A stretch of 57,239 nucleotides of DNA, counting the filler, from Dugesia japonica (lineage: Eukaryota), in NCBI GenBank assembly GCA_001938525.1. It is 5 parts of 5 records of this genome, joined end to end, with 100 filler letters (N's around TTAATTAATTAA, not from the genome) between each part and the next. Parts side by side here need not be neighbours in the genome. Positions count along the whole stretch, not along the records: positions 1 to 8,691 come from MQRL01456855.1; positions 8,792 to 17,203 come from MQRL01629974.1; 3 more parts are not named here. One strand, 5' to 3'. The translations under genes and the position numbers were made by a program. Below, one piece after another: positions 1-11,700 of the stretch. Every line of letters begins with the position of its first letter. The first letter of the stretch is position 1. The notes under the pieces were generated by a model that ran no database searches, had not been told where the DNA came from, and was given only the letters and a program-made list of their open reading frames with translations.

Positions 1-272
1 CAAACTCATCTAACAGATAGTAAAATGCATTTCATTTAGTTCAATATCAAAAGATAATAAAGTTATCAATGTTAAATAAATAAGTTGTTAAAAGAGAATT
101 ATGATGCAATATTTGTAAAAAAAATAAGAAATATTAATAATCCAAAAATGTCAACAAAAAAATGAAAAAATTACTTATTTATTAATTTCTTTCAAAAGTT
201 AAATACTTATTTGTAATTAAAAAATTCACCAAATAAGTAATATCAGAAAATCAAAGAATTTAATGTACTTAC

Positions 273-3200
273 TCAAAGAAACGCCTTGTTCGCTGACTGA
301 ATCAAAATCATAATTACTACCCATAAAAAAATCTAATAAGGATTCTTGTGAATTATTCAACAAATCATCAATATCTTCAGAATTATTAATAATTTTCTCC
401 ATTAATTTAAAATCATCATCTCCTTCCTTTAATAGAACATTTAAATTTTGTTTTTTATATTTTTGATTATTTAAGGACGAAGAAGACTTTCTATTACTAG
501 TATTAGAAAGCTTTCTATTATCTTCTTTAGCTAATTTTTTAGCACGCATTTTTTCTCGCATTGCAGCTAAAGTTAGTGTTTGCCGTGGAGGAGGCATTCT
601 CTGTAACTGTTTTACTTCAGTATCAATTATAGTTTTAGAATTATGATTCTCTGCAACACTTATAGAGACGTTAGGAGTTGGTTTCGTTGGTTGAATATGT
701 CCATAGTCTGATTTGGCTGATGGTGTTGTGGATTCAGAAGTGCATGACCATGATGGTGATAAAGTCTAAAACCACATAATTTAAAATATTAGATATTTAA
801 GGTGAACTATTTAAGGTAATATATTTATGCGGAAATAAAATTGCTTTAATGTTAGAATCTATCGAATGTCACATATTTATATCAGGTAAGCCCGCAATTT
901 TGTGCAGTTTTAGAATATGCCACATAAATAAAAGTATGAAAGTTTATATATAGGTTTTATTAATTTTGTTATGAATCATTTTTTTTAATAATTTGATTTT
1001 AAATTTTAAAAATGTCTGCTTATTTTGTTAAAATATGAACATGCTTGCTTCATGAGTATTAACTGTCGTCAAACGCCACAGAAGTGTGTCGTAGGATCTG
1101 TTTAGCGTTTGTATCGAGTACATTAAGAATAAGAACTGTCCAAAAATGGTTCTCCAAATTCTCCAAAGGCAACGAGTCAATGGAAGATGAAAAACGCTAC
1201 GGAAGACCTTGAGTGATTTGTTAAGACTTTAAAAATCTATTGAAGAAAATTCAAATTTATTATACTTTATTATATTATAGAGTTGTCAAAAATCTTCAAT
1301 ATTGGCAAGGAAACATGTCGAGTAAATTTAAAGAAATTGGGAAAATCATGAAAGCTTTGCAAGTGAATCCCATATAATTTATCAAATGAGATTAAGCTCC
1401 GAAGATTTACAATTTGTTTGTCTCATATGATGCGTCATTAAATCTCGCCAGTTTTCGATCACTTTTTGACTTGTGATTAAAAATGGATATATTTCAACAA
1501 TAACATGCGAGGTCACCATCAGTCATCACCGAAGGATCCCATACAACACTCCAAGAACTAAGATTCATGTCTCGAAGGTCATCGACTTAAACTGGTATTG
1601 TTTACTATGAAATTTTGAACAATAATCAAACAGTAACTGCACAGATTTACACAGAACAACTTGGACGTGTCAAAGAAATGTTGCTTCAGAGATAACCAGC
1701 AACGGATCCAGGAATTTTTCATGGAGGGAGCAATATACAAAATAATTACGTCATTTATTATGTAATCGTCCAGGAATGAAATTTTTAGTTTAAATGAAGT
1801 GAAATTAATGATTTTTTGTTAACATTTACTAAAATTAATTTTTAATTAATTTTCACGGAAATCCAGTAGAAAAGTTTATTTTATTTACATATTTAAATTT
1901 TTAAAAAATAAAATTAAATATTTTCAAAATGAAGAAATTTAACTAAGGCTTAGGCCAGAAATGTTTTTTTTAATTTTTATTAGGGTTAAAAATTTTAAAA
2001 ATTTAATTTTCTTTGACTCAACTTTTCGATTTTATCTTCTTCAGAAGTTGTGATTAAATAAATTAAATTTAATTTTAGTATAAAGGAATCACAACTCTCG
2101 AAGAAAATAAACTCGAACATTTTGGATAAGTAAGTTAAATTTTTGAAATTTTTAACCTTAAAAAAAATTTTAAAATACATTTTTTGATATAAGCCTTAGT
2201 TAATTTTCTTAATTTTGAAAATATTTAATTTTATAATTCAGAGATCAATGGTTAAAAATTTTAAAAAAGTGATTAATTACCAAANNNNNNNNNNNNNNNN
2301 NNNNNNNNNNNNNNNNNNNNNNNNNNNNNNNNNNNNNNNNNNNNNNNNNNNNNNNNNNNNNNNNNNNNNNNNNNNNNNNNNNNNNNNNNNNNNNNNNNNN
2401 NNNNNNNNNNNNNNNNNNNNNNNNNNNNNNNNNNNNNNNNNNNNNNNNNNNNNNNNNNNNNNNNATTTTTCGAAAAATAAATTATTGAAAATTTTATCAT
2501 CTATTTTTTATCATCTATTATGCTTAGTAAGAATAACACGGGTAAAAATCGCCAAAACGTAATCCCGAGGAAATAAATGAAAATAACAATAAAAAAAAAC
2601 AAGGTTAATTTTTATTATAAAATTTATTATATTTAGTATTTAATATTTTTACAGTATATATATAGATTCTAAATTACTAAACCAAAATTTCTAAACTACA
2701 TTGNNNNNNAGGGATGTGGTTTAGTGCTCCACTATCTATCTACTTTATTTTTAATCTACAATTATTTTTATCTTATTCATTTTGATTTTTTGATACAAAA
2801 TTTTTTTTAATTATTTCTTCTTGACTTTCCAATACTACTATCCTAATATCCACCATGGATAGTCGCTCCTTTTTCATTATATAACTTTTTCGAAATTCGG
2901 TTATGGGTGGGGCGATCGCCCCCATCACCCTCCTGTGGATCCGCCCTTGGATATAACCTATGCTAATGAGTAGAAATCAAGTGATACTGTTACATGAAAA
3001 TGCAAGGTCTCATATTGCAAAAATCACTAAGACAAAATCTTCAATCGCTCCAATGGGAAATTCTGCCACATCCACCTTATTCAACCGAGATTTATCTAAC
3101 GAACTATCCCTGTTTTTAGTTATAAGAAATTATTTCAAAAATATTGAAGAAATTTCAGTGAAGTTTTTATAAAAATTGAATTGAAAACCTAGTGTCCCGC

Positions 3201-6200
3201 TGAGAAAGGGTTTTTCATTATAACGGTGACTATATTGATGCTGAAAATCTTATTGTTTGATTTATATTTTACATTTAATTTAACTGCGCGAATTTTAAAA
3301 TTAAAAAAGTGAAATATATGGTAGCTTAACAAACTGTATACATATTCAGATTAAATGAGATTTTTTCAGGACAGTTAGTAATAAAATAACATCATCCTTT
3401 GAATTTTTCGTATAACGCTACCAGAAAATTCACTAACTTCTTATTTATGCTCCTTATAATAGAAATTTCGTAAATATGAATTGAACTATAAAAATTATTT
3501 TTTGAGCCTTAACTGATTTTTTACAAATTACGTAATTAAAAAAAACCTTTCCATATTTTTGCACAATATATTAAAAAAAATTATTTAAATAAGTTATTTA
3601 ACATAAGTATAAATATATATTAATTAATTTTCAAATTTATAATTGTTGGCAAATAACATATTTTAAATGTATTTGATTTATTTCTAGTATAAAGGAATTC
3701 CATTGATTATAAACTTATTTAAAATTTCATAAATGGTAAAAAATTAATTATAAAAACATGAGATAAAATAATTTTAAATAATTTAAATTTAAAATTAAAA
3801 TAATTTAAGAAATTTCAAAATTTGAACGAATTGAACATAACGTCCCAAAAATATTCAATATAAATAAAAATATTAAAAGAATTAAAAGTAAAATAAATTC
3901 AAGAATTTTAAATTGTAAATAACAAAACCAAACTAACTTGAACAGAATTGATATGATTTGATATTAGATTAGATCTGATACAATTATTATATAAACTGCC
4001 ACCATTTGGAGACGGTTTAGACAAAGGACTTAAATCACTTTCAGTTTGTCCTGAAAATAAAGAATCTGGTGATGGCGGACATATTTTTAAGTTTTTAGAA
4101 GAATCAAGTGAAATTTCGGATTGTTTGGAAGCTTTTAATTCCAATTTAATATTGTCAAATTTATCGGTAAAAGTTTCATATTTTAATTTATGTTTTTTGT
4201 TAGAATGAATTTGATCCTTGAATTTTTTGCATTTAACATTAAACTTTTTATCGGAATTAGCAAAAGTATTCGGACTTATTGGTGGAGATTCGGAATCTAG
4301 TCTAGCAGGTCGTTTTCCGGCTGTTGATCGATTTGATCTTTTTATGGGAGTTATTTGTAAATCACCAGAAGAATTGAAAAGTTTTCTTTTACGTCCTCTT
4401 CTTCTTCTTTTTTCTTCAGTTAATTCTGAGTTCGTTGAACGATTATCACTTGATTCAAACGAAATATTATGCATCAATATTGAAGATGAATGTTTATCAT
4501 CAATATTATTTGATATTGTTGGATCAATTAATTCCTGAGAATTTTCATTAACTATGCTTTCTTCTTTTATTGGCAGTTGAGAAAGAATAGACAATGCTGA
4601 CTAAGAAAATATACTATAAATCAATAGTATAAAAACAACAATTCGTTTAAATATAAAATGATAATTTAAAATGTTTATATAAAATAAAAAAGATAATGTT
4701 TACAAAACATTCAAAATTTTTTTAGTATAATTTAAATATATTAATTTATAATTTATAAATTAAAATTTCATTTTATAGACAAAAATAATAAAGTATTGAT
4801 TATATAAGTAAAAGAACTTAGTGAAACTTTAGAAGACATTTTTACATATTAGTGGGTGCACACAACTTTAGGATCTAATAAGTTTAAGCATATATAGTTT
4901 CCTTGTTCGTCAGAGTTATATCCATACGCTTGATTTGAGTATTATTAATAAAAAAGTGTAATACGAAGGTAGTTCAAGAAGTCTGTGAAAAATGAATCAA
5001 GTAATATAATAAAACAAAATAAATTTTATTTTTCAACATGATCTCCACTGAACCTATTCCAACATTTCTAAATTATTTATTCCTTCTTTGTAGTATGATT
5101 TATACGAACCATCAAAATATGCATTAATTTCACGAATGTCTTCACAATTTGATCTGAATTTCTACCTGAACGCAATTTTTTTAGTTCAGGAAACAGAAAA
5201 TCTGGAAAATATGGTGGATGGGATAGCAGTTGAAACTGTAGTTCATGAAGTTCTGCCATTGCAATAGCAAACCTGTGGAACGGTACATAGTCACAATGGA
5301 ACAGCACATTTTCTTATGCGGCCGTTTTACTTGAATCTCTTCATTTAAGCGGACCAATAATACAGCATAATATTCTCAGGTATGTTTTTTCTTTTTCAAA
5401 GTAAAGGGCGAGAATTTGCACCCTGCGAATCCATAAATATAGCACTCATAACTTTTACAGTAGATGCAGTCGTCTTTGCCTTTATTAGAGCTGGTTCGCC
5501 TGATTTTATCACCGTTTTGATTGATTTTTAGTTCCAAACTTGAAATGGTGGATGCAGGTTTTATCAACAGTAATAAAACGAGAAAATTCGTATTTGGTCA
5601 ATTGTGAGCAAGCGTAGGCTCATCTTGCTGATAGTTTTCTCATTCTCAAATTTCTATGCAGAATTGTAAATACTGATCCTAATGAAATGTCCAAATCCTT
5701 GACTACCTCGCGCACTTTTATTTGGCAGTCATCTATGATATCATGGATCTTTTGGATCATTCAAAATTTTGTCACAACTTTTGGACATCCGGAACGTTCA
5801 GATTCATCTGTTGTTTTACAACCACAATGAAATTATGTAAACCACTTATGAATTTTTCCGATTGATGGTGAAGTCTTCGTAATATGTATCAAGCTTTGAT
5901 TTTGTATGGCTAATCTTTTTACCTCTTAAGAACTAATATTTTAAGAACACTCAAAATTCATGTTTTCCCATTTTTTGACAAAGATTTTGGTATTGTTAAC
6001 TTTAAACTGTGACTTACTTAAACAAAATTTACATATTTCTCTGAAATTTTAGATTTTTACTTTTCAATATCTTTATTTGTTAATAAAAAAGTTTCGTGCC
6101 ACTAGTACCGAATTTATTTTATTTTTTAGACTTGATCATTTCGAAGTATTCAATTACAAGTTTTTCAAATATTTATATTTTATAATTCAATATTTATAAC

Positions 6201-7119
6201 AATATAAAAATCCCACAAATTTAGAAACATTAAAATACAATAAATTTATTTGTTTGAAATAATAAAATACCACAAAAATTATGTCGGAGGTCACTAATTT
6301 GACCTTTTCATAATAAATTATAAATCTTATAAATAAGTCTTAATACTAGATTTGAGAAATCATAAGAAATTTGAGGTGAATAAACACGCGAAAATGTGTT
6401 TATCAGTACAAAATATTTATTTCAAAATATTGTTGTTTATATTTGTTTTCAGTATTATAATAGCAAAGTGTTTTAAATTTTAAATATAGAATCATTAAGA
6501 ATATTTAATTTAAATTAAAAGGAAATACCGGTTTTTCAAGATCCAGTGAACTGTTTTCTTTTTCTTCACGATCTACTTTATTTAAATCCTTTTCTAAATT
6601 TAGATCATTACGACTTTCTTGGCATTGAATAAAACTTTTTTCGTCAACATTTCCAATTCCATTCATTTCAACTGTATCAGTGGTTGTGGTGCTTGAATTA
6701 CTTTTTACTTCATCTGAAATTTTATGGTTATCTTCGTTAGACGTATTAACATCCTGACACTCATTTGTTTCAACAACATTTTCAACATTAGATTTTAACA
6801 TAGTTTCATCATTTAAGATTGTCAATGGGCGAGACCTAAGATTTTCTCTTTCTGAATTTAAAATATTAATAAGATCACATTGGCCCATTTTCAAAGAGAA
6901 TTTCGCCAAAGCTTTACCAAGGAATTCATTATTTAAAACACTAAAGCCCAAATTCGGAAAGGTTTGACAATTATCGTTTGAATTATAAATAGAATCTGTA
7001 CATTTGCAACTATCTAATTCGGTTGATAATTTTGGTTTATCACAGTTGGGTAATAGATTCACAAGTTGCCATTGAATTTCAGATGGAAATTTAATAAAAT
7101 TCTCATGATTAATAATATC
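273..7119 (-). CDS. ASXL: Additional sex combs (Asx/ASXL)-like Polycomb protein, partial; exons 7119-6529, 4600-3938, 765-273
   Basis: Three phase-compatible GT-AG exons. The first encodes DIINHENFIKFPSEIQWQLVNLLPNCD...SVLNNEFLGKALAKFSLKMGQCDL, which matches the DEUBAD/ASXH pattern (FxxLPxxxQxxLxxLLPxxD...SALNNEFF). The third carries TLAAMREKMRAK, similar to the ASX TLAxI(K/R) motif. The 5' and 3' exons are not identified in the window. Confidence 0.75.
1697..2949. mobile_element. Non-autonomous hAT-type element (MITE-like)
   Basis: Termini CAGCAACGGATCCA and TGGATCCGCCCTTG form imperfect inverted repeats. The 8-bp flanks GAGATAAC / GATATAAC match at 7/8 (TSD), and the mariner reading frame resumes after it. 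Confidence 0.8.
1890..2260. repeat. Long imperfect palindrome (arms ~170 bp, spacer ~30 bp) with degenerate hammerhead cores, probably inverted Penelope pLTRs
   Basis: AAATATTTTCAAAAT..AACTAAGGCTTA pairs with TAAGCCTTAGTT..ATTTTGAAAATATTT. TTCGATTTTATCTTCTTCAGAAGTTGTGATT pairs with AATCACAACTCTCGAAGAAAATAAACTCGAA. Confidence 0.7.
4961..6143 (-). mobile_element. Decayed mariner transposon in an ASXL intron
   Basis: TIR-like TACGAAGGTAGTTCAAGAAGT at ~4962. The minus strand gives KWF...TTDESERSGCPK and LFHCDYVPFH...ELQFQLLSHPPYFPD, with stops and frameshifts. Confidence 0.8.
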
Positions 7120-8199
7120 CTAATAATAATAAGCAAAATTAGAAAAAAAATGATAATCATAATAATTAATATTTCTAAATTAGAAATTAAAGAAATTGTT
7201 AACTTAACACTTTTAACGTTACGTTCAGTTTTAGCTTAAAATTTCATTATTTATGAAACTTTTGAGCTTTAAAAAGCTATTAACTTAACTAATGCTAAGT
7301 TGTTAGTATTATTTGTAATCTGTTTCAATTTTTCTTTTATATATATATATATATATACATACTTTTATAAATGATGCATGGTGAATTGATACTTTTACAC
7401 AATTATTTAATATGTTTGAATTTTTTATAAAAATGTTTAATTTTAATTAAATTATTTTTTTATTCTTTAATAGAGATTAAAAATATTAAATTAAACATAC
7501 TTATTATTAATTTACAAAATATAATTTATATTTTTTAATTTAATGTCGATTCAGTATAAAACTTGTTTTAAATAATTTAATCAATTTCATACACCATTTT
7601 ATTTGAAATATTTAAAATTATCTAAGCTTTTTTAGTGCCGCCTCAAAAATATTCCTAAAATTGTGATGACCCTTAACAGTAAAATTATTTTCGTTATTTC
7701 TTTATCACTGTAATTTATTCTACTNTTATTGATTGAAATATAAAAATACATATGAAATTCGGAATATATTTTTATTTTTTCAAATTTAACATACAAATAT
7801 AAAAATCGTAGTAAAAAATATAAATTATTAAATGTAAAAATGTACAATTACAGATTTATTGGATTAGAATAGCAAAATAAAAATATTTCTAATGATTTTA
7901 GTCAATCATTGTCGAATCGTAATTTGACCTCCAAAGGGTTTATGATACAAGTTGAGAACCAAAGATATGGAATATTTCAGATTGAAATAACTACAAAAAT
8001 TCGTATTTATAAAATTTCTTCATTTATACAAGTTATAAAAAATGAAAAAGTATCCTCGAAATTTAAAAAAATGAAACAATCAAAAATTCGAAAATCACAA
8101 AAAATATTACGATAGTCATTTAAACTGCAAATACAATTGACAAAATATAAATTTAATATAAATAAAAATATAAAATTAAAAATTTAATAAAAAATGTAA

Positions 8200-8570
8200 T
8201 TCTTAATGACATAGACGGACTAAGTTTATTTAGTATATTTTATAGACAAGAAACTATAAATATTCCCCACAAAATGCAAAAATAAATAAGGTGGTTAAAA
8301 GGAGTAGAGACAAAAATTCAAGATGTATGGTTGTAACAAAAAAGTTTGGAACTTTTTCATTTGAAATAGAATATGGTATTTTTAATAGAGATAGTTTCAT
8401 AAGATGCTTTGAAGAAAAATCCATTTTCAATTTTCAAGTGCATTCAAATCATTTTTCAATTATGGATAATCACCATGCACGAAATGTGATTGTAATTTAA
8501 AAAGCCATATATCTTTCGACCTATTAGACCCAACTCAGCACAATCAATGAAAACTTTACTCAGTTTAAGG
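8200..8570 (+). mobile_element. Tc1/IS630-type DDE transposase remnant
   Basis: IMDNHHARNV and YLSTY*TQLSTINENFTQFK resemble the MDNAxxH and YLPPYSPxLNPIExxFSxxK motifs. Confidence 0.65.
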
Positions 8571-8691
8571 CAGTTTTGAATTACCAAGAAATAGAGATGA
8601 ATAAAATATTATAATGTACTAAAAATGGAAACTTAATTTTTTATAGTTAAAAAATATCTTGACAAGACACTCACAATATACGAATTTAACT

Positions 8692-8791
8692 NNNNNNNNN
8701 NNNNNNNNNNNNNNNNNNNNNNNNNNNNNNNNNNNTTAATTAATTAANNNNNNNNNNNNNNNNNNNNNNNNNNNNNNNNNNNNNNNNNNNN
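8692..8791. other. Artificial assembly spacer 44N-TTAATTAATTAA-44N (also at 17204-17303, 30169-30268, 44044-44143)
   Basis: The same 100-bp structure occurs four times. The 12-mer has stop codons in all six frames, which is a standard contig linker. Confidence 0.95.
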
Positions 8792-11700
8792 GAAACTCCC
8801 AAAGGTGAATTAACCATGAAATCAGAAAAACCAAAGGAATCAACTAAACTGACAACATCTGGTTTCAATTCGAGGCAGAGTTGTAAAATAGCGTCTTTAA
8901 TAATTTCACCTGATTTCGAATCATGAATGTATCCATCTATATTTGCAAATAAGAACAATAATATAATTGATGAAATTATACATTGGTAGAAAACTCCTAA
9001 ATGCTTCTCCATACACCATAAACCATAAAGAGCACTAAGTCTTTGAAAAACTGGAGCCAATTGTTTTGGAAGACTTGGACAATTTGTAAATCGATCGAAT
9101 TTTTGAATTATATATTTCTGAAAAAATATTTCCGAATTTAAATAAAATTAAACAAAACTTTTATCAGATGAAATTCAAATTATTGTATTTGTCCATTACC
9201 ATTAATTTAAACTAGTTTAAATTAATCAAACTACAGGGTGTCCCATAAGTTTCCATGCATAGATAAAAATTTCATTATGGTGCGCAAGTACGTCAATGGT
9301 TACATCAGCGGATTCCAGAATCTTGGATAAGTCGGCGTTGTTCTGTGGAATGGAAAAAACAAAGAAAGAATAAACAAAAGTTTGGGTTTCATAAATTGAA
9401 TTGTTAATGCACGTGCAATCACGAGTTAAATCGTGACCAGCCAATAATGTGTTAATTTTAAAAAATAAATCACTCGGAGAAGAACAAAAACTTAGAAAAT
9501 CGTAATTTTTTAAGTAATAAAAATTGGAACCGAATTGATAAATTTAGTAATTTGTTAAATAAAACGATAATGATAATTGTAATTGTATAATTTACATTAG
9601 TTAAACTTTACTTCTATATAGAAAATAGATAAATCTCTACAAAAGAATATTTGACTATTATTGCGAGATTCAAATTTACTATCTCCAGCTTTGTTTCGTT
9701 CTTCAACCTTTTTAACTGATTCAACTAACAATTTCGATACTAGCCAATCGTAAGAAACTATCCATTCTGAATAAAATTATTCTTTAATTATTAAATATGA
9801 ATAAATTTAAAAATGAATATTTTAAGTTTATTTTATTTCGAAATATTTTTTACATGCATATATTAAACAGCTTTTCTTTTTAAAATAGTAAATTCAATTA
9901 ATACTTTCTCAAAAATTTGCGGTTTAAATTTGAAATATTTATCATATAAGAAGTCCCAAGAATAACAAAATGATAAATATTAAAAAANNNNNNNNNNNNN
10001 NNNNNNNNNNNNNNNNNNNNNNNNNNNNNNNNNNNNNNNNNAGTATTATTCTACTTATTAAAATCAGTAGTTTACTATGAAATAATATTTGAAAATAGAT
10101 TTTCAACAAACTTAAACAAAAATTAATTTACAAATAAAATTGAAATATTCAATATTTCTATAATATAAATTAATTTTTATTATTTTGTAATAAGAAAAAA
10201 TTATCTAAAATCCTTGTCAGTCCAGTATTGGACATACATTATATATACAATGCATCAGTTTTGCTGCTGCTAAATTAGTAAAGGGAAAAAAATAAAATTG
10301 CTAATTTTTTCAATATCACTTTAAATAAAGTAACAACTATATTGCATAGAGCAGGCCTGCCCAACCTTTTTGTATTAAAAATCGAATTTTTAAATTCAAC
10401 TACCTCGGGATCTACCCATATATACAAAGGATTTAGATCTTTACTTAGTTTAATTTCCTTTAAAAATAAAAAACAACAATTTAGCAAAAAAATTGATTTA
10501 ATATTTAATTATTATTTTCAAAAAGAACAAATGTAAGAAAACAAATGCGATCTTAATGTGACCTTTGGCATTGGTTTGATTTAGCAATTTTTTCAAAATC
10601 TGGATTATATGAAGACAAAGATAATCTTAAAAATTGATCGAGGTGAATGTCAGTTAAAGAATTTCTGATTTCCAATATAATAATAATATTCATATCTGAA
10701 AAAGCGGATTCTGTCAAATATGTNTAACCGAAACAAGACGTCATTTGTTTTAGAAGTTAACATTTTCAGTTTGTGGTAGAAGATCGACAAAAACTCGTGT
10801 CGCGATCGACTGGTAGATCGCGATCGCTTGGTTGGCCAGCACTGGTATATAGAATAAAGTTTGTACCAAAAATGTGAGTTGTTTCACTTATCCAAGTCAA
10901 TTCCTGAAGAAAACTAAGTCGAAATATAGAATTGTTATCAAATATCAAAAAAAAAATTTTTTTGATCGAAGCTTTTATTTTAAATAAATTCTGTAAAACG
11001 ATCAATGGTTATGTCCAACAATTATTCTCGCAATAATTGCAATTGTTTCACTTATATCCACCATTATAGAGTTCGACTTTATATATATACTACATATATA
11101 TACTTTATAAACTTATACTTAATTTTTTTTCATTTTTTAAAAAAATGATTATACATAAAAAATTCTGATTATGTAAACAATTATNNNNNNNNNNNNNNNN
11201 NNNNNNNNNNNNNNNNNNNNNNNNNNNNNNNNNNNNNNNNNNNNNNNNNNNNNNNNNNNNNNNNNNNNNNNNNNNNNNNNNNNNNNNNNNNNNNNNNNNN
11301 NNNNNNNNNNNNNNNNNNNNNNNNNNNNNNNNNNNNNNNNTACATATATATACAGGATGTGTAAAAAGTAACTACCAAATTTTAAATGTTATATTGTTAA
11401 ATGTATTTAAAATAATACTGCAAATTTTTAACACAATAAATTTCAAATATTAAAATTTAATATTTTTCTACAAAACATCCATTAACATTGATACAAGTTT
11501 GTAAACGATTATAAAAAGAAGTCATAGCATTTTCACATATTTCCAGTGGTACTTTAGCTGCCTCTTCCTCAATTAAATATCAGTAAAATTTTGATTACGT
11601 TTTTTATTATTTTTAAGTATTTACACTGTATACATTTTTACAAAATCTTTTCATTATTTTGAAACGTGATTCATTTAAAAATCTGTTAATGGAAAAATCG

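Larger units (their letters stand above)
881..3295 (+). mobile_element. Decayed mariner transposon, split by a hAT-type insertion at 1697-2949
   Basis: Frameshifted translation gives RTVQKWFSKFSKGNESMEDEKRYGRP, TCD*KWIYF and GIVYYEIL...TVTAQIYTEQL. After the insertion it continues LLHENARSH...WEILPHPPYS. Ends are approximate. Confidence 0.85.

Noticed and set aside
8736-8747. Recurrent TTAATTAATTAA palindrome as a biological motif
   Set aside because: It is always centred in 44N+44N, so it is an assembly linker.
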